This document shows, one piece after another, positions 19,594 to 29,782 of a stretch of 64,000 bases of DNA. Source of the stretch: Gloeobacterales cyanobacterium (GTDB taxonomy: Bacteria; Cyanobacteriota; Cyanobacteriia; Gloeobacterales; PMM-0068). The first letter of the stretch is position 1, and every line of letters starts with the position of its first letter. The notes under the pieces were generated by a model, which searched no databases, had not been told where the DNA came from, and saw nothing but the letters and a program-made list of their open reading frames with translations. The stretch is taken from contig JBBRSB010000027.1 of the NCBI GenBank assembly GCA_038245785.1, positions 1 through 64,000 on the forward strand, read 5' to 3'. The translations under genes were made by a program, and so were the position numbers.

Positions 19594-20427
19594 TTAGGTC
19601 GGGGTGAGTAGCACTTCTTTGAAGGCATAGCTTTGACCATCGACCAGAACATTGCACCGTTGCGGCATATAGCCAGAGCGGCGCAGCTCCAGGATGTGGT
19701 GGCCCAAAGCAAGGTTTTCGAAATAAAACAGTCCGTCTTCGTTGCTCGTGGCCATCTTTTCGGTGCCGACAAGCACGACTTCTGTCGCCTCTAAAGGCAA
19801 GGTGGAAACAGCACTCTTCACTAAGCCTGCCACCGCTACTTTCTTGGTGCGTATGGTGGCTCCTCCAGGCTCACTCTGCAGTTGGAGTATGCGTTCCCAA
19901 ACCAGAGGAATAGGAGGCGTACTTTGGAGACCGAAAGGAGTGGTCACTGTCACCTGCACCGCCGGTCGTAACGGAATACCGAGGGCATTCCAAAGCGCTC
20001 CCATATCGATCGGTTGCACCGCAGAAACCGTCATCGATAGGTTGCCTTGACCGCGTAAGGCCGGGGCTAAAAGGTCTTCGCGCAGCAAGCGATGACGCAG
20101 CAAGAGGGTCAAGGCTTCCGATAACAGATGATGTTCTCCCAGCGATGTCCGGTCCCAGGCCGTTATCAAGAATGAAACATCAAACCAAGCAGGAGCCCAG
20201 CCGATGCTGGCTGATTGGGGACCCTCTTGCGTAGCCCTGCGGTCTACCTGCCGACCCGAGTGTTGCATTTGAGCACTTTCTCGGAGGTCATAGAAATACA
20301 GATTCAAAGAAGGTCCCGTCGTCTCCTGGCGGGCACTGGGAAACTCGAAGCTAATTTGCTCTGTACTGGTAAGAGAAGTTCCACCAGCCAGGATTTCTGC
20401 CAGAGTCTGAACAACAGCGGGAATCAT
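19594..20427 (-). CDS. DUF4255/Pvc16-like cap (tail terminator) with C-terminal carboxypeptidase-regulatory-like domain
   Basis: LNLYFYDLRE..FLITAW..EHHLLS..LW.ALG..LRP; C-terminal G.V..A.V..T..DG.F.F.NL. Confidence 0.85.
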   Translation of the reverse strand: MIPAVVQTLAEILAGGTSLTSTEQISFEFPSARQETTGPSLNLYFYDLRESAQMQHSGRQVDRRATQEGPQSASIGWAPAWFDVSFLITAWDRTSLGEHHLLSEALTLLLRHRLLREDLLAPALRGQGNLSMTVSAVQPIDMGALWNALGIPLRPAVQVTVTTPFGLQSTPPIPLVWERILQLQSEPGGATIRTKKVAVAGLVKSAVSTLPLEATEVVLVGTEKMATSNEDGLFYFENLALGHHILELRRSGYMPQRCNVLVDGQSYAFKEVLLTPT

Positions 20428-20580
20428 AGAACCGCCGACATAGGCTGTACAGGCAATAGCGTAGATATAGAAAGAGCATAGGGTTACTAGACTTTGGTCG
20501 AGATTTTGAGTGCAAGGCTGACTGTGTGTGATTCTGAGTGGTTTGTCAGCCGTTTAATTCTTGGCGAAACCTTTTTTAAA

Positions 20581-20637
20581 ATTACTTTTTCATACCCAGT
20601 TCAGGCTATGGCCTGAAAACCTATCACTTTTTCCTAC
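20581..20637 (+). promoter_or_regulatory. Tandem candidate operator pair in the divergent cap/histidine-kinase promoter
   Basis: ATTACTTTTTCATAC (20581) and ATCACTTTTTCCTAC (20623); motif recurs at three other CIS promoter regions. Confidence 0.6.
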
Positions 20638-20913
20638 TGTGAAGAGTTGATGAAGTTTTTAGAGTGAAGGTAAGCATGACTCAAATGAGGTCAAAACATG
20701 GTTATTGATATGTGCGTCGTGAAAAACTGTTTGTAGCTCTAAAGCTGGGATGCAGATGAACGTAATTTAGCAAGTCCCAATCTGCATCATATTAATACAA
20801 GTTCTATAAACGTAAATAAATTTCATACCCCTAGGAAGTCCACCGATAAATCTGGAACTATACTTGTGCCAGGTTCGCCCAGGATTCGTCACTAAACACT
20901 AATTGGCAAGGAA

Positions 20914-22104
20914 ATGAATATCGATGCGGTGCTTGGGGAGAAAGCGGTTTCTAAGAAAACTTTACCCTTAGAATTGTCAAGGATTAAGCCTTCTTTCAGC
21001 CCTGCCGTAATTCCTATTTATTCTCCTCAACAAGAACTGCGTGATTACTGTGAGCTTCAGGCAGAGCAGTTAATCATGCAACAGTCTATAGTTTCTGTCT
21101 GGATTGTCTATCGTACTGGAGAGCAGGCAGAACGTGAATGGATTATGCATTATGCTCCTCAGCAATTGACTTTTTCCGCAGAAGTTTTAGCCAATCTCAA
21201 ATCGGAAACCTGGCTAAATGATATTCAGTCGAACCTAGAATTCAATGAGCTAAAATCACGAGAATTGTCCTTAGATGAGAAAATAAGTAGCTATGTGTGT
21301 TTTATCGACCGTAGAGAGCAAGAATCTGCTTACGTGCTTATATTTGCAGATGAGCCGCTTCCTCAAGCTCAGCAACAGTATGTGAAGCGGTGTGTGCAAA
21401 TGATTAGAAAATACCTTGATATTCACCAAAAGCACATGCGACAGCAAACAGAGATTCAACTACTAGAACAGATCATTCAAAAAGCAGCACACCAGCTCCG
21501 CAACCCCTTAGCTTTAGTAGGTTTATACGCTGAAAATTTACGCTTATCCTTATCCACGAATAACTTGCAGGAACAAGCCAATATAATCTGTGAGACACTC
21601 CGAGATCTGGATAGCAATCTCAATGACTTAATCTACTGTGGGCAGCGATCAAAATTGCGCTTTGCCCTTCAGGATTTAAGGTCCATTTTTTTAGAAAGTA
21701 TCAGTGGATTGAGGCTTTTAATTGAGCAAAAGAAAGTACATATAACCTATCCAGAAAAGTCAGTCAATCTGACTGTTGACTATCTGCAAATAAAGCAAGT
21801 TTTTGACAATTTGCTCTGTAATGCAATCCAGTTTAGTCCTGACGATGGACAGATTCGCTTTCATTGGAGTGTCTTCCAGCATGAGGTCTTAATTGAAATC
21901 TATGACCAAGGGCCAGGACTTTCTGAAGAGGACCTCCAACAAATATTTACGCCTTTCTACTCCCGTCGTCCCAGTGGAACGGGTTTAGGACTATCGATTG
22001 CTCGCAAGATTGTTCTGGACCACCAGGGCAGTATCTGGGCACAAAACATTCCAGGAGGAGGGGCACAATTTTCAATCACACTGCCTCGGGCCATTTCTTT
22101 TTGA
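20914..22104 (+). CDS. Sensor histidine kinase (no obvious TM)
   Basis: AHQLRNPL H-box, QVFDNLL.NA, DQGPG, GTGLGL. Confidence 0.93.
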   Translation: MNIDAVLGEKAVSKKTLPLELSRIKPSFSPAVIPIYSPQQELRDYCELQAEQLIMQQSIVSVWIVYRTGEQAEREWIMHYAPQQLTFSAEVLANLKSETWLNDIQSNLEFNELKSRELSLDEKISSYVCFIDRREQESAYVLIFADEPLPQAQQQYVKRCVQMIRKYLDIHQKHMRQQTEIQLLEQIIQKAAHQLRNPLALVGLYAENLRLSLSTNNLQEQANIICETLRDLDSNLNDLIYCGQRSKLRFALQDLRSIFLESISGLRLLIEQKKVHITYPEKSVNLTVDYLQIKQVFDNLLCNAIQFSPDDGQIRFHWSVFQHEVLIEIYDQGPGLSEEDLQQIFTPFYSRRPSGTGLGLSIARKIVLDHQGSIWAQNIPGGGAQFSITLPRAISF

Positions 22105-22123
22105 GTTTAAAAGGACAAAAATC

Positions 22124-22819
22124 ATGGTTACCGCTTTAGAAAATTGCACAATCCAACAAAAAGTCTCCCTCCTCTTGGTCGATGACGAAGCCCGCTTTCG
22201 GCAGGGACTACGCACCCTCCTTAATTTTTATAGTGACGATACCCTAGCTTTTGAAGTGGTTGGGGAAGCAGCTTCCGTGGAACAAGCCGTAAGCTTAGCC
22301 AAAGAGCAACGACCGACCCTCATTCTCTTAGACCTGGAATTAGCTCAAGGAGATGGCGTCACTGCGCTGAATCGCTTGCGAGAAATTTCTTACTCCGGCA
22401 AAGTCCTGGTTCTCTCTGCCCATCAAGAGGAGGATTGGATCTTCCGGGCAATGCAGGCAGGTGCTTCTGGCTACGTCTTCAAAAATCATCTGGCCAGTCA
22501 ACTCTGTCAAGCGATCACCACGGTGATGAATCACGAAGTCTATTTGCCCGCCGAAGTCGCCACCCGCTTTTTCCGCTTATTTCACTTTTACTCAGGCCGT
22601 TCCTTACAGGCTGCTCAATCTGTTCATCTGACGGAAAGAGAACAAGAAGTGCTGCATTGGTTAGTCCAAGGAGCTTCCAATGAAGAGATTGCTAAGCATC
22701 TCTACATCACAACCGCCACGGTAAAAGCTCATTTGACTGCTATTTTCACCAAGTTAAATGTCACCAGTCGTACCCAGGCGATTGTCAGTGCCTTAAAACT
22801 TGGGTTGGTTCAGGCATGA
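22124..22819 (+). CDS. NarL/LuxR-family response regulator
   Basis: LLVDD..LILLD..GYVFK receiver; LTEREQEVL..GASNEEIA..TVKAHL HTH; start at Met 22124. Confidence 0.95.
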   Translation: MVTALENCTIQQKVSLLLVDDEARFRQGLRTLLNFYSDDTLAFEVVGEAASVEQAVSLAKEQRPTLILLDLELAQGDGVTALNRLREISYSGKVLVLSAHQEEDWIFRAMQAGASGYVFKNHLASQLCQAITTVMNHEVYLPAEVATRFFRLFHFYSGRSLQAAQSVHLTEREQEVLHWLVQGASNEEIAKHLYITTATVKAHLTAIFTKLNVTSRTQAIVSALKLGLVQA

Positions 22820-22885
22820 TGGGCGTCATGCTGCTGTTGAGTTGTCCAAGTACGCAATCACATTAACTAAGAAAGGAGAAAAATC

Positions 22886-23413
22886 ATGTCTATCCATCAA
22901 AAAAGAGATCCAGAAACGGGCCAAGTCATCATTGAAGGCGACGCAGCGGCAGATAATATTCATGTGAAACCTCGCATGACTGAGGAAGGTGAAGATGGAG
23001 TCATTGTTGAGAGTCTAGATAGGGATGGTAATGCAATCCGAAGCTATGAATTGAATGCTGAAGAAGTGAGACAAGGAGGAGGATTATCCATTAAAAGTGG
23101 AGAGGGCAACGATTATATTGACGTTGATGAAAGTGTTCATTCTGATTTAATTCTAGATGGCGGTGGAGGCAATGATACGGTCTTAGGCGGTGGGGGGAAT
23201 GATATCGTGTCTGGCGGTACAGGCGATGATCTCGTATATGGCGGTGGAGGACGTGATCATGTGTTTGGTAATGCAGGAGACGATGAATTATATGGTGGTG
23301 AGGGCGCTGATGTTGTTTACCCTGACGAAGAAGACTCAATTGTATCTCCAGGGTTTGGTCCAGTTGGAGAACCTGGAGATAAAAGCGTCTATGGGAACAT
23401 TACTGTTCAATAG
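22886..23413 (+). CDS. Acidic RTX-type (GGxGxD) Ca2+-binding protein
   Basis: Multiple GGGGND/GGTGDD/GNAGDD nonapeptide repeats; AAGGAG RBS. Confidence 0.85.
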   Translation: MSIHQKRDPETGQVIIEGDAAADNIHVKPRMTEEGEDGVIVESLDRDGNAIRSYELNAEEVRQGGGLSIKSGEGNDYIDVDESVHSDLILDGGGGNDTVLGGGGNDIVSGGTGDDLVYGGGGRDHVFGNAGDDELYGGEGADVVYPDEEDSIVSPGFGPVGEPGDKSVYGNITVQ

Positions 23414-23527
23414 TTTAAATCTGAAAATTTGCTTTTAGTTCAGACGAATGTCTAACTTTGCGCCAACAAGTAAATCGACAGAAATAGAACTATAATCGAA
23501 TTGCTTTGAGAAGAAGGAAGCAGGCAA

Positions 23528-23920
23528 ATGCTAGACCAGCAACGAGACCCGGAAACGGGGGAGATCGTTCTTGAAGGGGGAGAGGGCAGTGACCATATCC
23601 AAGTCCTGCCCAACCCTGACGGGGGCGTGATCGTCAAAGCTTACGACAGTAATCATCAGGAAATTTTTAGCCGTAGCTATAGTGCAGATGAAGCGCAACA
23701 TCTTCGCATCGAAGGTGGTCAAGGGGATGACCATATTGCTGTTAGCCAAAACATTCTATATAGGATGCATATTGACGGTGGAGAAGGAGATGATTTTCTC
23801 TGGGGCGGCAGTGGGAATGACCGGATTACAGGCGGAGCTGGAGACGACACCATCTCTGGTGGGAAAGGTGATGACCAGATCAGTGGTGGTGTTGGAGATG
23901 ACTGGATAATAATAGACTAG
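23528..23920 (+). CDS. RTX-type Ca2+-binding protein, paralog of 22886
   Basis: QRDPETGE N-terminus similar to 22886 (KRDPETGQ); GGEGDD/GGSGND/GGAGDD/GGKGDD repeats. Confidence 0.85.
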   Translation: MLDQQRDPETGEIVLEGGEGSDHIQVLPNPDGGVIVKAYDSNHQEIFSRSYSADEAQHLRIEGGQGDDHIAVSQNILYRMHIDGGEGDDFLWGGSGNDRITGGAGDDTISGGKGDDQISGGVGDDWIIID

Positions 23921-24000
23921 CGTATAGATATGATGAGTATAGCCATCCAAAAATTGGAATGTCCTGCTCAGAAAAAAGGATACAGACAGCCTCAGCGCAA

Positions 24001-24179
24001 ACGCAGACGCCAACTTACTCGCTGTGGTCTTCGATCAGGTGCCACTGCATGCACTGCGTGATGGTGAGGACGGCAGCAATAGTGCATACACCTACGGCGT
24101 AGGGGGCGGCTTTCCCACCAAAAGCTATAATGTCAGCAACTACTGGATCGATGTCGAATTCCAGCCTAGTCAGTATTGA
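24001..24179 (+). pseudogene. DUF4082 domain relic
   Basis: Frame from 24042 reads PLHALRDGEDGSNSAYTYGVGGGFPTKSYNVSNYWIDVEFQP, the DUF4082 C-terminal pattern; no intact N-terminus. Confidence 0.6.
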
Positions 24180-24309
24180 TGCAATGCCCAGAATGTCCGT
24201 CCACGCACATCCGTTTTAGTTAAGAAAATCCGCTTTGGCTCCGGTATCAGCGTCGCTATATTTACCCCAATCACCAACAAGCTACGTGCGTAGGCTAGTG
24301 CTGGTGCCC

Positions 24310-24864
24310 TTAGCTTGCTGAAATAGAGCATCGCTTGAGAACAAAAAAGAAAGGTTGAGGTAAGTTTTTAAAATCCATAATTCCTAGCACAGTATTGTCA
24401 TCTACCTTCCGAAAAGAGTCATTCATCGGCAAATAATCATAGATCATCGTGGCACTGACTTTTCCTCGATATTCCATCATGCGCAGTCTTGCTTGACTTG
24501 TCTCTGTTTCCATCAAGGAATTAGTCAGCATCAGCAGAGGTTTCAGAGACTCATTTTTGAGGATTGGAGATTTTAAAACCCAGTTCATGGCAGTGGGATT
24601 GGGTGAAACCTTAAAAATTTTTCCCTTACTATCTAAAAATAATAAAGGGTGTACATTCTCAGGATCGACAAATTCTTTCCCATACCAATTAGATGCTTCT
24701 AATAAGCCATCCATTGGGTGATCTGTATGAAGTCCAGAGCCTTGCCAACGACCGAGCATAAAGTTTAAATTCACGGTTTCGAGAGCGTCAAACACTTGTA
24801 AAGCTCTTTCGGTTGTGGTTTTGCCAGCTCTAAGAATTGACTGGTAACTCTCTATTCTTTCCAT
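24310..24864 (-). CDS. GXWXG + DUF4334 domain protein
   Basis: MLGRWQGSG..HPMDG.L...WYGK.F; ARLRMMEYRGKVSATMIYD.LP..D.FRKVD. Confidence 0.88.
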   Translation of the reverse strand: MERIESYQSILRAGKTTTERALQVFDALETVNLNFMLGRWQGSGLHTDHPMDGLLEASNWYGKEFVDPENVHPLLFLDSKGKIFKVSPNPTAMNWVLKSPILKNESLKPLLMLTNSLMETETSQARLRMMEYRGKVSATMIYDYLPMNDSFRKVDDNTVLGIMDFKNLPQPFFFVLKRCSISAS

Positions 24865-25007
24865 TAGGCCTCCTGCATGAATCCCAAAAGGTAATACCAG
24901 ATGATATTTATCCATTTTGAAAAAACGGTTTTGCATGTCAGAACACAAATCATTGGAACATTTTGTTGGGACATTTTTGCCGATGGTATGGTGGCATTTT
25001 CGGTGTT

Positions 25008-25037
25008 CGTAGGGGCGATTTGCAAATCGCCCCTACG
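25008..25037. repeat. GTAG-type REP-like perfect palindrome
   Basis: CGTAGGGGCGATTTGCAAATCGCCCCTACG is its own reverse complement. Confidence 0.75.
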
Positions 25038-25367
25038 ACGTTGATGGTTTGATGCCACAATCCTGTGCACCGGGTGTTACTGCAATCAAGATACCGTATT
25101 GAGAATAAAAAATCTTAAAGCCTTTACAGGATAAGGAACATTGGAAAAATGGTTGATCTAGCAACAACTACGCATACCTCTCAGCTTGCTAAGATTGTAC
25201 TTTTGATTGTCCGCATCAGCCGCGCTGCATAGCCATGACAGCAGGAGCGATTTGATGCGCTCGGCAGATTTCGGCTAGGGTCTTGGGGCTCTCAATTCCT
25301 TCTTAAATAATAAGTTTGGCTTATCGCTAATTAGGATGACCTACGCTCAAATCAGAAGAGCAAATGG

Positions 25368-25796
25368 ATGTTAGGTCCAGATCTACCAAAAGGATGGCAG
25401 TTACCAGGGGGGAACAGGAAAGTGAAGAATAATCTATTCAGAGCGCTATCCATTATCTTCTGTGTGGTTGCCCTAGGGGTAAGTCTGGTTACGTTGAATC
25501 GAGTATTTTTCACAGCTCCTCAGGCAGAGACTTTACCTGTTCGCTCAGTAGACACAGAGGTAGCGTCCAAACTAAGCGAGCCTATTTTGATAAAACGTTC
25601 GCCCGTAGCTCTAAATAAAATACTTGAATCTGATGCGGCTTTAGGATTTGAGTCAAGGGTACGAGATGGACAATTTATAGAGTTGGTAACCAAGTTTAGG
25701 CGCAAATCAGGGTTTTTACAGTACTACAACGGAAAGGCTTGGAAAATCCCAAGTGAGCAAGCAGTACTCCAAAAAGGATATAAAAGATCTAACTGA
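25368..25796 (+). CDS. Hypothetical protein with N-terminal TM/signal segment
   Basis: 142-aa ORF; hydrophobic LSIIFCVVALGVSLV. Confidence 0.5.
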   Translation: MLGPDLPKGWQLPGGNRKVKNNLFRALSIIFCVVALGVSLVTLNRVFFTAPQAETLPVRSVDTEVASKLSEPILIKRSPVALNKILESDAALGFESRVRDGQFIELVTKFRRKSGFLQYYNGKAWKIPSEQAVLQKGYKRSN

Positions 25797-25872
25797 AATA
25801 TGCTAGACCAGCGGAGCAATCCAGAAACGGGAGAGAATAATGTTAACCAATAGTTAACAACTAGCTTTCAAC

Positions 25873-26838
25873 TTACCGCAGGAAAAAAAACCAAACGGCT
25901 CCTGCCACTGTAGCTAATCCCAAAGCAATAGGAACCCAAGGAATGGTGCGAGGGTTTGGGGAATCCTGCAAGATCGTTGCGCCTGTATCTTCCACCGGAG
26001 ATGAAGCTCCCTGAAAAACGGTGCTTCCTGGATCAGACTCTGCCCCTTGGAAATAGGTTGCATCCGAACGGGCAGACTCAGGTGTGCGGGGGGGAATTTC
26101 TTGGAAAATAGTTTCGCCACTTTCTGGAGACGGTACGGCCTTGGATGATGGGGCTTGGAATATCGTTTCTCCGCCCGTAGAGGGAGTGGGGTTGAGCGGC
26201 GACTGAAAAACGGTTTCTCCCCCTGTAACATTATGTGGCCGAGAGGAAGGGGCTTGAAAAACTGTTGCATCTGAAGAGGCACGGATTACTTCCTCCCCCT
26301 GTGATGCTTTTTCGGCAGGGGTTTGCCTAGGGGGCGCTTTGGGCAGCGGAGGCGTGGGAGAAACCTGAGCCCCATCTATGCCTTGGAGGATAGTACTATC
26401 GGCCGTGGGTCTTGGAGAAGGAGGGGGTGAACCCGGCTGCATCACGGTGGACGGGGGTGTGGAAGCCACAGCAGCTTGGGGCATAGCGGCCCGATCTAGC
26501 CTATCTGTATCTATAACAGTGAGCAGGCGGAATCCAACTTTTAAACGGGGACCATTTTTACCCCCTAGCTGTAGTTCATCCTCTGGCTGCAGTTCAATCG
26601 TTGCACCTTGAATTTTTTCTCCTCTAGCCAGCGTTCCCCCACGACTTTGGTCCGTATAGTAAATGCGTTCATCCCGCACAAGAATCATGCCATGGTTGCG
26701 GGAAACAGCCGTGTCCGTATCTAAAAAGTCAATATCTTTTTTCTGCTGTTCTCCCCGGCCCAAACTAATCTCTGGCTGGTCAAACTTAAGAGTTTTTCCC
26801 GCCAGGGAACCGGATAAACATTGAATCGTGATCTGCAT
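25873..26838 (-). CDS. FHA-domain protein with Pro-rich T-x-F-Q repeat linker and C-terminal membrane anchor
   Basis: LGRG..VSRNH..D.SRGGT FHA; nine T-[VIY]-[FLM]-Q units; C-terminal TM. Confidence 0.85.
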   Translation of the reverse strand: MQITIQCLSGSLAGKTLKFDQPEISLGRGEQQKKDIDFLDTDTAVSRNHGMILVRDERIYYTDQSRGGTLARGEKIQGATIELQPEDELQLGGKNGPRLKVGFRLLTVIDTDRLDRAAMPQAAVASTPPSTVMQPGSPPPSPRPTADSTILQGIDGAQVSPTPPLPKAPPRQTPAEKASQGEEVIRASSDATVFQAPSSRPHNVTGGETVFQSPLNPTPSTGGETIFQAPSSKAVPSPESGETIFQEIPPRTPESARSDATYFQGAESDPGSTVFQGASSPVEDTGATILQDSPNPRTIPWVPIALGLATVAGAVWFFFLR

Positions 26839-26957
26839 CCTTCATCTCAAAGTGATGCTGTTTATTGCGAGTCCACTATAGTTTATTTTCTAGCGTTAAA
26901 GTAGAGATGAAATGACTATGCACTATTGCGCCTGCATGTTGCAGAGGAGAGCATCAG

Positions 26958-29078
26958 GTGCCTGATCCCCTGTACAAAGAGTATTTTTGTTCTCGCAATA
27001 ACCCCCTAGGCTGTGACCAGCCTCAAAAAACCTTAGAAGAAGTTCCAGGGGCTAAGTTTTGTCTGGAGTGTGGTTTTCCTACACCCCTTGCGGAGAAAGC
27101 GGAAATCCGGGGTAGTCGAGGGACCTACCGAGTGCTCAAGGCCTTGGGCAAACGGGGTATGGGCCGCCTATATCAAGGCATCCAACTCAATGATGGTCAA
27201 CCCATCGTTATTAAAGAATATATACTGCCCAACCGTTGTTTCAATAAACAGGAAACTCGTCAGCGGAAAGATGCTTTTATCCGTTTGGCGGGCGTAAGTC
27301 CAGCCGATGGAAAAACCCAAGATTTCCGTTTGCTGAGCACCTGGGAAGCAATCGCCGATGAACGGGATGAACGCTGCTATCTAATTACTCGAGGCACGCT
27401 GAATGCATCCCCAAGCTTGAGAGCCTATCTTGCGGATTTACAGAGCAAAGCGCTGCAAGAAGCTCCTGAGAATCTGATTCAAACTTCGATGACAGCCGTT
27501 GAGGTGCGCGAAGTCCTGAACCAAGTCCTGCAAACGCTGGAATTTCTACACGGTCAAAAATTTCGTTTTCCTTCCGGTCAAGTGCAGCAAGGCTTAGCCC
27601 ATGGCAACCTCAATCTCGATAGCCTCTTGCTCTTTAGGGCTCAAAGCGATCAGCCCTTCTTTATTTATGTTGGAGACTTGGCTATTTGGGAGAATCTGTT
27701 TCATCCACCGCTCACAGAGATAGCGAGTCCTTCTTCCTCTGATGACTTGGTGGCGCTAGGATATATTGGGTTTTACCTCTTGGTGGGTCGGGAACTAGAC
27801 CCGAATACAGGACAGCGACTGGATCCGAAGGATGTACAACAGTGGCCAGCTACAGCTCCTGCGCTGAAGGAGTTGCTCTTGCGGCTCATGGGGTTGGATG
27901 TACCGTTTGCTCAGGCAGCAGATGCCCGTCAAGCTCTATTCCAATTGCCCAAAGAAGATCAGAGGGCGGCTTCTGTAGCGCCTCTCATTCCTGAAGTAGA
28001 AGAAAAAGTTTCACGAAAGCCTTTTCTGATTTTGGGCGTTTTAGCGTTACTGTTTACAGCGGGGATTCTTTGGAATACCTTCTCAAGGTCCGATGATAGC
28101 GCTGACTCCAATACCTCTCGTCTACTGCCCGACTTTGCCTCTGTGGCTGGAGTCCCTCAGGGGACCTTCTTCTATGTGGCCGAGCGCGACGGAACCTGGA
28201 ATTTTGCCCTTCAGCTGCGGCCAGAGTCGAATGAACGGCTTGAGAAAACGCTGCAACAGCCGAAGAAGAATGTGCAAATGCGCTACCGTCCTGTTGTTTC
28301 TCCCAACATAGAAGAAGCTAGTGCTGTGGTAGAAGCAGTTCGACAGGGCACAGCTGATTTTGCCATCACCAGTTTGGCGGATAAATTACCGGATAGTGAT
28401 TTGGATATCAAACCGATAGCCTATGATGGCCTCCTTGTCTTCGTGGCCTCTAGTAAAAAAGCCAACAGCCTGCCCCGTGCTCTCAAAGGACAAATTAGCT
28501 TTGAGCAGTTGCGCCAACTTTATACCGGCAAGATTCAGAACTGGCAGGAGCTGGGAGGTCCTGATTTGCCTGTGAAACTCTTCATTCCTACGGAACCAGA
28601 AGCGGTGCATTTATTTCAGCAGCGCGTATTTAAGAATAACCCCCAACAGATAGCCACCTTCAAAACCTCGGTTACTCGCCTCCCCACCAGTGCAGCCCAG
28701 AATCAAATATTCCAGGATTTTGACCGGGAGCAAGCGGGGGGCATTAGTTTTGGAATTCTTAGCAAAACGTTCGACCAGTGTTCCGGTTATCCCTTAGCTT
28801 TAGTAGAGGGCAATAAACCTGTCCAAGGACTTATTCAACCGAATGGGCGGCCCGTGGATCCTGAAGTAAATCTCTGCGCCAAAAACGCTCGACCCGATGT
28901 CCAAGCCTTTGTCTCCAAGAGCTATCCTTTGGGGTATCCTCTGGTCGTGGTCTATCCCAAAGATAATCAGCGCTCGTTGCCAGGGATTAAGTTTGCCGAA
29001 TTGCTGACAACCCAACAAGGCCAGCTTTTGCTCAGTAAAACAGGACTTGTTCCCCTACAACCCTTGCCGAAGAACTAA
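26958..29078 (+). CDS. Membrane pseudokinase fused to PstS-like substrate-binding domain
   Basis: Zn-ribbon, LGKRGMG, VIKE, HGNLNLDSLL in place of HRD; TM; IAYDGLLVFV..LRQLYTGKI.NWQELGGPDLP..YPL.YPL PBP motifs. Confidence 0.8.
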   Translation: MPDPLYKEYFCSRNNPLGCDQPQKTLEEVPGAKFCLECGFPTPLAEKAEIRGSRGTYRVLKALGKRGMGRLYQGIQLNDGQPIVIKEYILPNRCFNKQETRQRKDAFIRLAGVSPADGKTQDFRLLSTWEAIADERDERCYLITRGTLNASPSLRAYLADLQSKALQEAPENLIQTSMTAVEVREVLNQVLQTLEFLHGQKFRFPSGQVQQGLAHGNLNLDSLLLFRAQSDQPFFIYVGDLAIWENLFHPPLTEIASPSSSDDLVALGYIGFYLLVGRELDPNTGQRLDPKDVQQWPATAPALKELLLRLMGLDVPFAQAADARQALFQLPKEDQRAASVAPLIPEVEEKVSRKPFLILGVLALLFTAGILWNTFSRSDDSADSNTSRLLPDFASVAGVPQGTFFYVAERDGTWNFALQLRPESNERLEKTLQQPKKNVQMRYRPVVSPNIEEASAVVEAVRQGTADFAITSLADKLPDSDLDIKPIAYDGLLVFVASSKKANSLPRALKGQISFEQLRQLYTGKIQNWQELGGPDLPVKLFIPTEPEAVHLFQQRVFKNNPQQIATFKTSVTRLPTSAAQNQIFQDFDREQAGGISFGILSKTFDQCSGYPLALVEGNKPVQGLIQPNGRPVDPEVNLCAKNARPDVQAFVSKSYPLGYPLVVVYPKDNQRSLPGIKFAELLTTQQGQLLLSKTGLVPLQPLPKN

Positions 29079-29083
29079 CGCCT

Positions 29084-29617
29084 ATGTCTGCTCCCAAGTG
29101 TCCCAATCCCCAGTGCGAATACTTCAATCGTACGCTCCCCAACAGTGCTCAAGTTTGCCCGATGTGTGGAACCCCGCTGGGCAATGTAGTGGCTCGCCCT
29201 GCAGCTCTGCCAGCCTACCAGGCTCCTGCTAGCGCCCAACCGGCTGTTGTGGGAGCAACTCCCTATTCACCCATCAGTACCACGCGCCCTATTCTCAAAC
29301 TAATGCATGCGTCCGGTCGAGAGTTCACCCTGCGCGGAGAGGAAGCTTATATCGGTCGTCGGGGAGGAACCGTTAAACCGAAACCGGAAATTGATTTAAC
29401 CGGAATTCCCAATGACCAGGTAGTTTCGCGCCCCCATGCCCGTGTTTACTGGGACCAGACCTATAGCACCTACACCTTTGTCGATAGCGGCAGCCGCAAT
29501 GGTAGCTATCTCAATGGTCATCTTTTAACGGCAGGAGAACCCTACCAACTGATCAATGGCGATGTCCTCCAACTCGGAAAAGAGAACCTGGTGCAGTTCA
29601 CGATCTCAATTGCGTAA
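29084..29617 (+). CDS. Zn-ribbon + FHA domain protein
   Basis: CPNPQC..CPMCG; IGRR..VSRPHA..D.GSRNGS.LNG. Confidence 0.9.
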   Translation: MSAPKCPNPQCEYFNRTLPNSAQVCPMCGTPLGNVVARPAALPAYQAPASAQPAVVGATPYSPISTTRPILKLMHASGREFTLRGEEAYIGRRGGTVKPKPEIDLTGIPNDQVVSRPHARVYWDQTYSTYTFVDSGSRNGSYLNGHLLTAGEPYQLINGDVLQLGKENLVQFTISIA

Positions 29618-29782
29618 TTTTGTGAAAAATCGCAAAAATTTTGAATAGGAAGCACGAAAATAGGACCTAAAGGTCTAAAACAAGAACTTCTTTGCTTAGG
29701 CCTTGGATGTGAATATCTCGACAGATTAGGGGCTACAGATAGGTAGCTACCTTAAGTTCTTGTGCAGAAACTCTTCTTCAAA

